From: an uncultured bacterium
GTDB taxonomy: Bacteria; Omnitrophota; Omnitrophia; Omnitrophales; Abzuiibacteriaceae
DNA length: 64,000 nt
Direction: 5' to 3'
Assembly (NCBI GenBank): GCA_964387845.1
Contig: CAYLXA010000001.1
Coordinates: forward strand, 192,001 to 256,000
Shown here piece after piece: positions 48,297-57,360 of the stretch; positions within the stretch are counted from its first letter, which is position 1; the number at the start of each line of letters is the position of its first letter. The position numbers and the translations under genes are program-made. The notes beneath the pieces are model-generated. The model did not search any database. It was not told the DNA's origin and was given only the letters and a program-made list of their open reading frames with translations.

Positions 48297-50773
48297 ATGG
48301 CAGGAGCCTCCTTACGCCACGTGATTCCTCGCGGATATTTACCCGCGAGTATTCTCAGCCGTTCCAACTCACTCAAACTTGGCTCCATTGCGCGGAGCCT
48401 TTCCTCCTCGATTTGGTCGTTGGGCTCTGTTGTTGCAATCCAGTAGTCAAGGGGCGAGGGCTCAAGCTTAGCCGTGACAGCTTTGTTAAAAAACTTGATG
48501 AAGATTTCGGAGAAAACACCGGGCCTTATTTCCAATTCTTCGCAAGCGCTGACCTCATTCGGATTCAGGTCAAACTTAGACAGCAATTCATGCCCCTTTT
48601 GAAGCTTTAAAATGTATTTCACGTAGGAATTGGAAAGAATGGCGGGTGCCGCCTTTGATTGAAGAAAATCCACAGGGCTTTGGCTGATTGAAAGAACGAG
48701 ACCGTTTGTCTTTCTGGCTGTTCTGTAAAGCTCTTCAATCAGCTTTGAGCCGACATCGTCATTAAAAAAGCGCCATCCTTCGTCAATGACAATGATTTTG
48801 CGGAGCGAAATGTCACCCAGTTTTCTAGCAATGGCGGATCGGATCACAAAAAAAAGAATGGATTGCAGTTCAGGGTGCTGTGAAAGCTTGCCCAAGTCAA
48901 AAACAATGAATCGGTTATCAAAAGTCAGGCTGCTTTGCCGGTTCAAGAGCCTGCCAAAGCGACCTTCGGTCCACATGCTTAAATTCTTTGAGAATTGATA
49001 CGCTTTCCGCTTGTCCTCGTCATCACCCGCCGCATAATTTCGAAGAATCATTTGCACATCGCCCAAAAGAGGTCGGTGTGTATCCTGAATGCTTTCGTAG
49101 ACTTTCAGAATTGATTGTTCAAGAATTCGAAGCTCTGAACTTTTCACTCTCTCCCTCTCAGAGACCATCTTTTCAAGCAGGGTGCTCAGAAAACCTAAAA
49201 GATCGGCGTTCACTTCGCCGGGCTTTGGGAATAATTGACGTTTCTCAGGAAATAGGTTAAGCGCATATTCTTCCGTGCAGTCGATTTGCAAGTAATGACC
49301 GTCAAATAAACGCGCAAGTTTTTTATAACTGCCGCCCATATCGATTACGATAACGTGATTCCGATCTCCTGCGATGAGAAAACTGCTCAGCAAATGATTC
49401 GCAGTGAATGACTTCCCGGAACCCGTGCTCCCAATCATGACTGCATGCTTCGCCGGAAGCGACGGATCAAAAAGATTAAGCGCAAACCCTTCGTCTTCGT
49501 GAGTTTTGAGCAAAATATCGAAGTCATCCGTTCCCTTCCATTCTTCCCCGAGCGGCAATAGATGGCTCAATGCGCCTGTTAAGACAGGAAACACGGATTG
49601 ATTTTGATCGGCCTGCAGGGGTAAATGTGACAGAAACAACGTGTCATGCTCCAAATGATCGAAGATTCCGACTGAGCCGCCCAGTTTCGGGAAAGCTTTC
49701 AAAACAGCTTCCTTCTTACGAGCAAGCGCCGCTTCGTCCTTTGCCTTAATGAGCACAGAAAGCGAGATATCAAAGACGCTTTCGCCTTGCTCGGCCATTT
49801 GATGAAGAAATGATTCGTATTGGGACGCCTTTTGCCTTGCAAAGTGATCCTCTGAAATCCGGAAGAAGGCGTTTGCGTGCGCGAAATTGGCTCTGATTCG
49901 AAGCTTGCCAATTTCTTTGTCCTGGTCTTTCTTCCTAAGAGTAATCATCCATTCTGAATCATCCGGCATAAGGCGATCAAATGACTTAATCATTTTCAAG
50001 CCGACATGGCCGGGCAGCGTCCTTAAATTAGCAGCCGAATGAAAATAACCGTCCATATAAAGCGAATTTCTGTAAATTTTGGGCGGATGAAGCAAGAGCC
50101 GCGACCTCAGCGTTTCAAACTTGGGATTGGTTAATGGATTCTCCTGAAACGCGTCTTCGTATCGGACAATCTGAGATAGTGAAGGATTAAGTTTCCTGTA
50201 GTACTCGCGGATAACGTCCATTGCGGAAAGTCTCTCGACCGTGACACCCAAGGCCTTCAACGCCGTGATGATCAACGACTCAGCTTGAAGCAGATAAGCC
50301 TTGCCTTCTTCATGATTTGAGCGATGAAATGATCTTGACCGCTTCCGTTTTTTCTCAGGGCTTAAATGGCTTAAAAACAAAAAAATTTCCTTTTTTACCA
50401 AACGCGAATTTGTTAGTACATTTACTTTCTCCCGCACGATCACGTTGACCAATGGGTCTTGGCGTGAGGTGTTCGCTTGACACCTCCCGAGCATCTCATC
50501 GTCGCCCCGGCTTGAGCGTTTAACGAATGACAATAAAATCCCTGAGGGCAGCCGATTCAGCAGTTTCTGAAGTTCATGCATGAACGCGACTATTTCGGCG
50601 TCATCATAAAGAAGGTAATCAACACCTGAAACTTTATAGACAAGCGCCATTCGCCCTGAAACCCCGACGGCTAAGCCATCTTCTTCAACAGCCATGAGAT
50701 CAAGTGCCGGGAAAAATGGAACGCGTTGCAGTGAGTCGCTCAATTCTTTAATCGTCAGCAATGTTTCCATCAA
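48293..50773 (-). CDS. T4SS VirB4/TrbE ATPase
   Basis: 826 aa; Walker A MIGSTGSGKSF, Walker B IVIDEGW; CagE/TrbE/VirB4 organisation. Confidence 0.9.
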   Translation of the reverse strand: MMETLLTIKELSDSLQRVPFFPALDLMAVEEDGLAVGVSGRMALVYKVSGVDYLLYDDAEIVAFMHELQKLLNRLPSGILLSFVKRSSRGDDEMLGRCQANTSRQDPLVNVIVREKVNVLTNSRLVKKEIFLFLSHLSPEKKRKRSRSFHRSNHEEGKAYLLQAESLIITALKALGVTVERLSAMDVIREYYRKLNPSLSQIVRYEDAFQENPLTNPKFETLRSRLLLHPPKIYRNSLYMDGYFHSAANLRTLPGHVGLKMIKSFDRLMPDDSEWMITLRKKDQDKEIGKLRIRANFAHANAFFRISEDHFARQKASQYESFLHQMAEQGESVFDISLSVLIKAKDEAALARKKEAVLKAFPKLGGSVGIFDHLEHDTLFLSHLPLQADQNQSVFPVLTGALSHLLPLGEEWKGTDDFDILLKTHEDEGFALNLFDPSLPAKHAVMIGSTGSGKSFTANHLLSSFLIAGDRNHVIVIDMGGSYKKLARLFDGHYLQIDCTEEYALNLFPEKRQLFPKPGEVNADLLGFLSTLLEKMVSERERVKSSELRILEQSILKVYESIQDTHRPLLGDVQMILRNYAAGDDEDKRKAYQFSKNLSMWTEGRFGRLLNRQSSLTFDNRFIVFDLGKLSQHPELQSILFFVIRSAIARKLGDISLRKIIVIDEGWRFFNDDVGSKLIEELYRTARKTNGLVLSISQSPVDFLQSKAAPAILSNSYVKYILKLQKGHELLSKFDLNPNEVSACEELEIRPGVFSEIFIKFFNKAVTAKLEPSPLDYWIATTEPNDQIEEERLRAMEPSLSELERLRILAGKYPRGITWRKEAPAI

Positions 50774-51033
50774 ATTTCCTCCCGTGTCTGTGTGAAATAG
50801 GCGGGCATGAAAAAATAACGAATCAAATTCTTAGTAAACCTGTCTGCCTTATTCCTTTTGTAATATCTGAGAAATAAATAGACCGCGAAGACAAATGAAA
50901 GATTGACCATGAGATTCTTTGAGCCGAGAAAGACCATAAGATAGACCGCTAACAAACCAAGCAAGTCCATCCATTCAAGACCGAAGAATTTGTTTTTTTG
51001 TGTAATCATTGGATACATCGTTATTGGCTTCAT
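50770..51033 (-). CDS. T4SS VirB3/TrbD-like small membrane protein
   Basis: 87 aa with two TM helices; translationally coupled between the VirB2-like and VirB4-like genes. Confidence 0.55.
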   Translation of the reverse strand: MKPITMYPMITQKNKFFGLEWMDLLGLLAVYLMVFLGSKNLMVNLSFVFAVYLFLRYYKRNKADRFTKNLIRYFFMPAYFTQTREEI

Positions 51034-51034
51034 G

Positions 51035-51337
51035 CTAAAACCCCGTCACATTCTTTATTAAGTCAAGCACTGCTCGGGCAAGCATAATGAGCGCTCCGCC
51101 CCCTGCTGCCAGGGCACCGCGCCTCATGCCTTGTTCATTTCCAAGCGCCATTGAAATACCAGATACCGCAATTCCGATCACAAGTATTCCAGGACCTACG
51201 CTCTGTATTAGAAAAGTCCCAACAGCATCCAGGAAATAGCCCAACTCTTCTTGATTCTGCGCCTCCGCATACGCAATGCCCGCGTGAAGATAAATAGCCG
51301 TCAGTATCACAAGATATTTCGCAATCATTTTCCGCAT
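51035..51337 (-). CDS. T4SS pilin VirB2/TrbC-like; start taken at the internal ATG (MRKMIAKYL)
   Basis: Long signal peptide ending AYA, then two hydrophobic helices (GILVIGIAVSGISMALG / ALAAGGGALIMLARAV) typical of conjugative pilins. The track start at 51430 is a TTG. Confidence 0.6.
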   Translation of the reverse strand: MRKMIAKYLVILTAIYLHAGIAYAEAQNQEELGYFLDAVGTFLIQSVGPGILVIGIAVSGISMALGNEQGMRRGALAAGGGALIMLARAVLDLIKNVTGF

Positions 51338-51412
51338 ATATTCACCTTGGGGGATAGCGGGGTCAATTTTGACCCCGCCCTTTGGAACAGCCGCATGCGC
51401 TGTAAAAGTCCC

Positions 51413-51456
51413 CTCATAGATGTTGTGCAAAAACGGGCATTTCGTAACAAGAAATT
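51413..51456. promoter_or_regulatory. Conserved ~45-nt element (copy 1), ~75 nt upstream of the pilin gene; candidate promoter/operator
   Basis: ctcatagatgttgtgcaaaaacGGGcatttcgtaacaagAaaatt is about 90% identical to 58630-58674. Confidence 0.5.
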
Positions 51457-51468
51457 TAAAATCCCATC

Positions 51469-51837
51469 TTAAAATTTATTTTTCAGTATCTGGATTCCCA
51501 CATATTTCTTGAGTTTGGTCGCAGCCCTGCGTATATGCATCCGTACGATCGCGCTATCTGAAATATTCAACTCTTCTGCTATTTCCAGATTGCTCAATCC
51601 TTGCAATGTTAATCTGACGCACTCACGCTCTCTCTTAGACAGCCCGGCACGACTTATGGCTCGTCTTGCCATTTCTTTCTGTTCATTTTCAATCAGCACC
51701 TCGACCGGCGAGGGCTGAGTGGCCACCTTCTTCAGAATTTCTTGATGCAAATCGGTTTTTGGGTCATTTTCGATCTTCTGAAAATCGACACCGATACGCA
51801 CCGTTCTCTTTGTTTTCCATTGAGTGTTGTTTTCCAT
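51469..51837 (-). CDS. LuxR/GerE-type HTH transcriptional regulator
   Basis: C-terminal LSKRERECVRLTLQGLSNLEIAEELNISDSAIVRMHIRRAATKL; 122 aa. Confidence 0.7.
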   Translation of the reverse strand: MENNTQWKTKRTVRIGVDFQKIENDPKTDLHQEILKKVATQPSPVEVLIENEQKEMARRAISRAGLSKRERECVRLTLQGLSNLEIAEELNISDSAIVRMHIRRAATKLKKYVGIQILKNKF

Positions 51838-51997
51838 TTTCCACCTCCATATGGTGGAAAATGGGCGAATACCTCCTTCTATAACTCTTTAACTAATAAA
51901 TACTTACGATAATTTTATAGGCGAATATACGGATAGACACAAAAAAAGACACCTGTAAGCGGACGAGGGCGGAAGGAATTCCGCCCTCGTTTCACAC

Positions 51998-52312
51998 TTA
52001 ATTCCTAATCCTCCGGATTGTTGAGATCCAAGCTTGAAGATCGCGATTCAAGAATCGCAACCGTTCAGCAATGTTTGCCATTGGAGGCTTCTGCTCGATG
52101 ACCTCAATACTCTTTGCGCCTGCCGAATTCGGCTGTCTGGCTTGGAGCCATCCCGCAAACGATTGGGCAAAGAAGCAAATTGCTAAGACCACCGGAGCGA
52201 TGAGAAACATTAAATTGATAAAGGCAGCCAGCATGCACTTCAGCAAGAAAATGGTGAAATTCCGCAGCCTGCCTAATGCCTTTTTTATTTCGGTTAGAAT
52301 GAATTGTTTCAT
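51998..52312 (-). CDS. Hypothetical membrane protein
   Basis: 104 aa with one or two TM helices; no recognisable domain. Confidence 0.35.
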   Translation of the reverse strand: MKQFILTEIKKALGRLRNFTIFLLKCMLAAFINLMFLIAPVVLAICFFAQSFAGWLQARQPNSAGAKSIEVIEQKPPMANIAERLRFLNRDLQAWISTIRRIRN

Positions 52313-52324
52313 TTTGAATTATCC

Positions 52325-53362
52325 TTATACGAGTTGATATTGCCGGTTTTGAATTTCCAAGTTACTTTCCTCCTTTTCGTACTCCGTTAGATAATCAAAG
52401 CTGCAATCTTCACAGAATGAGCCGCCGGTTGCTTCGTCATAAAAGAGTTTGCCGGCTTCCACTTGGTCTTTACACAGTGAACATAGAAGCTTTGATTTTT
52501 CAGTGATGTTTGAATCTTCGAGAAATCCCATATACCGAAGCTCATCAAAGCTGTAGAGATAGGGATTCCCCGGCACTTTGAAGTCATCCTCTGTGAGCGA
52601 CTTGCGCATCGGGTTCTCCATCTCGCAAGGTATTTTTCGCATGGGACATTTTTCAGAAAGTTCTTCAACGTTAATTTTGTAAAGCACGTTGGATTGAATC
52701 TCGAGAAAATTGCCTTTCATGAAGTTTCTTGCAAGAGCGTATTGCAAGTGGATTTTCTCGCTCGACCAAAGCAAGGTTTTGAACTTAGGGACATAAACAG
52801 CGTAAAGCGTCCGTTCAACATTTCGGATGAGATAAAGCGTTTTCCTGTCATCCGTTTGCATGAATGCCAACGCAAAATCCCCAAACATCATCGAAAGCCG
52901 TTCAGCGACTTCTCTGTCGGAGGAGGCGCCATCCAAAACACGGAATACCGCCTCGCTATCGACGTCAGTTTTTTGCTCCGTGTTAAATCGTTTGAGAAGT
53001 TCAGTTCGATTTAGAAAATGCCCATTGTGCACACCGGCAAAATTCTCCGAGACAAACGGATGACAATTCCGGGATGAGATTGCTCCTACTGTGGCAAGCC
53101 GCGTATGGCCCAGAACAATGAGCGTATCCGCACCGATTTTCTTGATGACGTTACGCATCCGGACGGTGCGCAAAAGCTCGCTCGCTGGTCTGGCTTCCTT
53201 GAAAACGGTCATGCTCTCTTCTGCTGCTGTGAGCAATCCAGTTCCGTCTTGACCTCTTGTTTCATTGAGAAAAGCCAAATCCATCACTACGCCTTGAAGC
53301 CTCAGTTTCTCTGCTCCGCTTAAGGGCAGGGCCTCTCTCACAAATCCGAATATTCCACACAT
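52325..53362 (-). CDS. Class-II (Ntn) glutamine amidotransferase domain protein with C-terminal Cys-rich zinc ribbon
   Basis: N-terminal MCGIFGF, the Cys-2 nucleophile hallmark of GAT-II/Ntn hydrolases; ...HTRLATVG...NCHPF; C-terminus CSLCKD...CEDCSFDY. Confidence 0.65.
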   Translation of the reverse strand: MCGIFGFVREALPLSGAEKLRLQGVVMDLAFLNETRGQDGTGLLTAAEESMTVFKEARPASELLRTVRMRNVIKKIGADTLIVLGHTRLATVGAISSRNCHPFVSENFAGVHNGHFLNRTELLKRFNTEQKTDVDSEAVFRVLDGASSDREVAERLSMMFGDFALAFMQTDDRKTLYLIRNVERTLYAVYVPKFKTLLWSSEKIHLQYALARNFMKGNFLEIQSNVLYKINVEELSEKCPMRKIPCEMENPMRKSLTEDDFKVPGNPYLYSFDELRYMGFLEDSNITEKSKLLCSLCKDQVEAGKLFYDEATGGSFCEDCSFDYLTEYEKEESNLEIQNRQYQLV

Positions 53363-53410
53363 GGTAAGTCTCCTTAGGTTTAATTGGGATTGAACTACTG
53401 AAGTGATAAA

Positions 53411-54685
53411 TTACTTTTGAACAGCTGCCAGAGTGGGAGCTGTTTCGAAGAACTTCTCGGGATGAAACTTTAAGATCCTTTGCTCGATGTAATTCCGAAT
53501 CTTCGTCCGGAATTTCAGCAGCACGCAGAATGCCTCAAACTGTTCTTTGAATGAAGCAAACTCCGAAAACCTGAAGTCTCTTTGACGCTTTGACTCGTCT
53601 ACGATCGCTTGGCAGATCACAATGAAATTTGTAATCTTAAGCGGGTTCGTTGTTCCCGAGTGATAGCGAAACTCCACTGAACGCCTGAAGAACCAAGAGT
53701 GAATGTTGACACCGAAGTATCTTGAGTTGTCAAACTTAGACTTCGTATCCACTCGCGCATTCCTTCTGCCGTACCAGAGCCGCTTTAAATCCATCTCATC
53801 TTTGACTTTGAACCGGAACCGTGATTTGGGAAATCGATTGAGCGGCACGGAGTAAGAACCGGAAAACCTTGATTCCGGAAGCATGGCATAAATCACCGGC
53901 TCAAACGCCACCGCAATCTTCAGCAATTTCTTGATGTTCTGAAAATCAAGATCCCGCCCATCAATGTGGACATGAAGACCGCAGCGCTTGTCCACGAAGT
54001 AATTCCAGTCAAGCAGCTTTTGAGTGAAAATGGCGATTTCGTTAAAGCCGTCATCGCCTTGAAGAATCGGGCTCGCAAATTCCATGCCCCAATCTCCCAG
54101 AGAGCCGTCATGCTGTTTGCTCCAAGCGCCCACTTCATCAACCGGAAGATGCATTTCCTCATCCCGAAGTATGGCTTCAATTTCCACGCCGTATTTTCTT
54201 TTTGATTTGCACAGTTTGAATTTAGCCGACGAAAATTCATGGTGCTGAATCAGCTCGCCGTTCTCCACCATGCGGTCGTAACAGTCTTCACAGTAAGTTG
54301 ACTCCCCTCTTCTAAAGCAGCGGGTAGAGTCAACCTCAGAACCGCAATCCTCGCAGAAGATTATGTTTTCAGATTCACAGGCGGAGCAGTAATAGACGTC
54401 CTGCAAATCTGAATAACGAGCGTCCTCTGACGCCGCATATTCCCCGCAGGCATTGCATTCCCTGTAATTGGCGTGAAAGCAGCTTTCACAAAGCCTCAAC
54501 CCTGCAACTGCAAAGGATTCGTCAAGCCACATGGGACGTTCGCATTTCCCGCACGGCTTCACACGTTTTTCAAAACACGCCGGGCAAAGATACCGGTCTT
54601 GATAGGTTTTAAACAAATCGACGTTTACGACAACACTGCAGGACGGGCATTTCTTTTCTTCTGCCCGTATTTCCAAAAGTTCCAT
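53411..54685 (-). CDS. Putative amidoligase (glutamine-synthetase/GCS2-like, Amidoligase_2-type) with N-terminal array of six CxxC zinc ribbons
   Basis: N-terminal 150 aa contain CPSC, CPAC, CGKC, CESC, CNAC, CSAC, CEDC, CEDC pairs. The C-terminus has YGVEIE, GLHVHIDG and VEFRYHSGT motifs reminiscent of the amidoligase family. Confidence 0.5.
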   Translation of the reverse strand: MELLEIRAEEKKCPSCSVVVNVDLFKTYQDRYLCPACFEKRVKPCGKCERPMWLDESFAVAGLRLCESCFHANYRECNACGEYAASEDARYSDLQDVYYCSACESENIIFCEDCGSEVDSTRCFRRGESTYCEDCYDRMVENGELIQHHEFSSAKFKLCKSKRKYGVEIEAILRDEEMHLPVDEVGAWSKQHDGSLGDWGMEFASPILQGDDGFNEIAIFTQKLLDWNYFVDKRCGLHVHIDGRDLDFQNIKKLLKIAVAFEPVIYAMLPESRFSGSYSVPLNRFPKSRFRFKVKDEMDLKRLWYGRRNARVDTKSKFDNSRYFGVNIHSWFFRRSVEFRYHSGTTNPLKITNFIVICQAIVDESKRQRDFRFSEFASFKEQFEAFCVLLKFRTKIRNYIEQRILKFHPEKFFETAPTLAAVQK

Positions 54686-54709
54686 GGCTCATCTCCTTTT
54701 CTATTGTTT

Positions 54710-54898
54710 TCAAACTGTCTGGTGATCTTGGCTTTGGTTTTTAACTGACATGCGATCTCTGCGCTTTCGCTCATAGAGACGCTTTAATATCCACAAGGGA
54801 ACGAACGTCCAATACCCTCTTGGCCTTCCTGTCCACTCCGAAAGCTGGTCCGCATAAACTGATTTGTCTTCTGAGTCAAAAATGATGTAGGGATTCAT
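54710..54898 (-). CDS. Small hypothetical protein (62 aa)
   Basis: AAGGAG RBS directly after a hairpin; sequence MNPYIIFDSEDK... Confidence 0.35.
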   Translation of the reverse strand: MNPYIIFDSEDKSVYADQLSEWTGRPRGYWTFVPLWILKRLYERKRRDRMSVKNQSQDHQTV

Positions 54899-54965
54899 GG
54901 CAAGCTCCTTAAGTGAGAGGGCGGAAACTTTTTATTTCCGCCCTCTTTGTGTGACATGGCTTTGA

Positions 54966-55061
54966 TCAGCGCAGGACAATGGCCCAGCCGAACCGAACAA
55001 AATCTGTAATAAGATCCGGCATCAGCATTGCTTTGGCGCGTGAAACAATCAGCGTCTTCAT
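54966..55061 (-). CDS. Candidate 31-aa peptide MKTLIVSRAKAMLMPDLITDFVRFGWAIVLR
   Basis: Hand-translated; strong RBS AAAGGAGGT 8 nt upstream; flanked by two related GC-rich hairpins. Confidence 0.3.
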   Translation of the reverse strand: MKTLIVSRAKAMLMPDLITDFVRFGWAIVLR

Positions 55062-55141
55062 GGAATAAACCTCCTTTGAAAAGACAAAGGGCGAAGAATC
55101 GCTTCTCCGCCCTTTGCTTAATAGTTTGATCGAAGTTCTTA

Positions 55142-55369
55142 CTAGCTGACTTGGACTTGCTGTTCAGCTCTGCGCAAACCTTCAATCAGTTCGCCGATGA
55201 GCGCACAGTTAATTGTGACGCCTTTCTTCGTCGGCCGCGCTTCGCCCGTTACGGCATCAGCGAAAAAGACCCTGACATCAACGTAATCACGGTCTTTGTA
55301 CTTGCCGACTGAGATTTTAACTTCTTCGTTTTCATTACGTTTAAAACTGTAAATTTCCTGCTTTTCCAT
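55142..55369 (-). CDS. PC4/YdbC-like ssDNA-binding protein (paralog 2)
   Basis: 75 aa; ...VGKYKDRDYVDVRVFF...KKGVTINCALIGELIEGL is the PC4-like pattern; AAGGAGA RBS. Confidence 0.5.
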   Translation of the reverse strand: MEKQEIYSFKRNENEEVKISVGKYKDRDYVDVRVFFADAVTGEARPTKKGVTINCALIGELIEGLRRAEQQVQVS

Positions 55370-55454
55370 TTGAATTCTCCTTTTTTTGATTTAATGTTGG
55401 TTTATTTGAGCTTTAGTGTTTGGTCTCTTTCGCTTGAACCTCCTTTCTAAGAAC

Positions 55455-55499
55455 AAAAAAGGGGAAGAAGCCTGCTGAACAGACCTCTTCCCCTCTTTT
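55455..55499 (-). terminator. Rho-independent terminator downstream of the coupling-protein gene
   Basis: aaaaaaGGGGAAGAAGcctgctgaacagaCCTCTTCCCCtctttt; flanked by a 15-nt direct repeat ttttgatttaatgtt (55384-55398 and 55496-55510). Confidence 0.65.
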
Positions 55500-55536
55500 G
55501 ATTTAATGTTAAATTAGGACTTAATTAGCGATTAAC

Positions 55537-57360
55537 TCATCGTTTGGCTCCTCTTATCTTTTCAAATTTATGCGCAGTATCACTGAGCGTTTGAAACTGA
55601 TCGCTTTCGTCTTGAACGATTTCAGGCTTTGCGCTTTCACGTTTCCAATGCTCTGTTGCCCGCTCACGTTCATCTTTAATCTTCATGTGTATCCATGTTA
55701 AATTAATGTCTGTTTCAGAGGACAGCCGCAGATAATCAATTTTAAAACTTGGATATTTCATGACAACAATCGCTTCGCCGCGTCCAAGTGAACGAACCAA
55801 GTCAGGGTCGATGCGAAACGTCTGCGCTTCTCTGACAGATCCTCGCCCTGTCATGTCTGTGCCGAGCATGCCGGATTCAGTCTGATACGTGGAAACAAAA
55901 GTTCTTCGGGAGCCTCCAATTTTTGAATATTTGTCAATCGAGAATGGGTCATCCTGACGCATGATGATTTTTACGTTTGTGTTCTCGAGGATTTGCTGCT
56001 GAAAGGTCATGCGCTTCGCCGCGAGGTCAGCCAGGCTTTGGTGAAGAAGCGTTACAGCAAGTTTGGCGCCGCGCGCTTTATTCATGAAATCGATGAAGTT
56101 CTCGTAGACAAAGCTTGAAAATTCATCCACGTACACAGGAAAAAAGTGCCGCTCACCCTCTTCCATCTGCGTTTGAATGTAGTTGGAAACTGTTTTAATG
56201 TCCTGCAGGATGAGACGCCCGAATCTTTTCGCCGTTTCTTCGTAGCCCTGCGTATTGAGTGCGAAATAGACAATTTTATTCTTCTGATAAACCTCTAGGA
56301 GGTCAATTTTTGATTCCTGAGAATCCGTCAGTCTTGAAAACTCTGATTTAGTTACGAGGCCTAAATCCGCGATGAATCCAGAGAGAAACTTGGTATTATC
56401 ATGAAACATGTCTTTCATGACTTCCAAGTCCTTCGACATCCGGATATCGTCAAGCTGCGCTATCAGCGCTCGTAATTGATTCTTGTCCGTTAAAAGCTCA
56501 TACAAATCCCGGAACCTGACTTTTCTGTTCAAACTCACCAAAGCTCTGAGCAATGTCAATGCGGCTTCTTCCGCCTTTTTTCTGTAAAATTCCTCGCGCC
56601 ATTCAGTAGAGCCGATCAGTTTGTCCTTAATCTCTGATGCGTTTCCGCGCAAGAGTGGGTTGTATGTGTCCGATATTTCCGGATGTGATAGCGAGAAGAA
56701 TAGAAAGTCATCTTTCCTGCCGTTAATTTGAACAAAGTAACGAATCTTCGCCAATAATTCCAAATCGCCCTTGGCGTCCACGACTATCGCCCCGCGGCCT
56801 CGCTCGATATCCCTTTTAAGCAGCGGAAGCATGACTGATTCTGTTTTACCAACGCCCGTTGAACCTACAACATGCGTATGCATGAGCCTCATGTCATCCG
56901 TTAAGTAACAGCCCTTGCCCGACCAATAACTCGTACCCAGATAAGCTTGATTCGCCTCAACCGCCGTTTTTTGCTTCGTGATTTCTCTCGAAGAAATTCT
57001 CTTCAATCTGCGTTTCTTATCGTCAGAGGATGTATCTTTCGAATTCTTCATTGCATATCCCGTCAACATGAAAAACGGCAATGTAATCAACAAATAGGCG
57101 CTGTAGAGGCACGTAGCCGCGACTCCCGCTTTCGTCCAAGGTCTCGCCTCAAACCTTTCAACAAACCCATTTAAATATTTAATTGACCAAATGGTCGTAA
57201 GCGCTGCAAGCAAGGTGCTCAAATAAGCTATTATCTTGACCCAAGAACTAGATTGATTCTTGACCCATCCGTCAAGCTTCTTGCCCAACCATACCGGAAC
57301 GGATACGAAAAGGAATTCAAACGTTGACCCCGTAAGGCCCTTTGACGGCTTCTCATTCAT
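55537..57360 (-). CDS. Type IV coupling protein (VirD4/TraG/TraD family)
   Basis: Two N-terminal TM helices; Walker A VVGSTGVGKTES, Walker B-like IVVDAKGDLE, and the TraG/VirD4-like C-terminal all-alpha region; 607 aa. Confidence 0.8.
   Translation of the reverse strand: MNEKPSKGLTGSTFEFLFVSVPVWLGKKLDGWVKNQSSSWVKIIAYLSTLLAALTTIWSIKYLNGFVERFEARPWTKAGVAATCLYSAYLLITLPFFMLTGYAMKNSKDTSSDDKKRRLKRISSREITKQKTAVEANQAYLGTSYWSGKGCYLTDDMRLMHTHVVGSTGVGKTESVMLPLLKRDIERGRGAIVVDAKGDLELLAKIRYFVQINGRKDDFLFFSLSHPEISDTYNPLLRGNASEIKDKLIGSTEWREEFYRKKAEEAALTLLRALVSLNRKVRFRDLYELLTDKNQLRALIAQLDDIRMSKDLEVMKDMFHDNTKFLSGFIADLGLVTKSEFSRLTDSQESKIDLLEVYQKNKIVYFALNTQGYEETAKRFGRLILQDIKTVSNYIQTQMEEGERHFFPVYVDEFSSFVYENFIDFMNKARGAKLAVTLLHQSLADLAAKRMTFQQQILENTNVKIIMRQDDPFSIDKYSKIGGSRRTFVSTYQTESGMLGTDMTGRGSVREAQTFRIDPDLVRSLGRGEAIVVMKYPSFKIDYLRLSSETDINLTWIHMKIKDERERATEHWKRESAKPEIVQDESDQFQTLSDTAHKFEKIRGAKR

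Noticed and set aside
51338-51430. N-terminal 31 aa of the track's pilin ORF (MHNIYEG...)
   Set aside because: The track start is a TTG and lies inside the conserved 45-nt putative regulatory element. The internal ATG gives a textbook long pilin signal peptide, so the gene was trimmed to 51337.
54895-55185. 96-aa ORF from the track
   Set aside because: It overlaps the 3' end of the PC4-like gene by 44 nt, has no RBS, and reads straight through a GC-rich hairpin. A shorter 31-codon ORF with a perfect RBS in the same region is more plausible.
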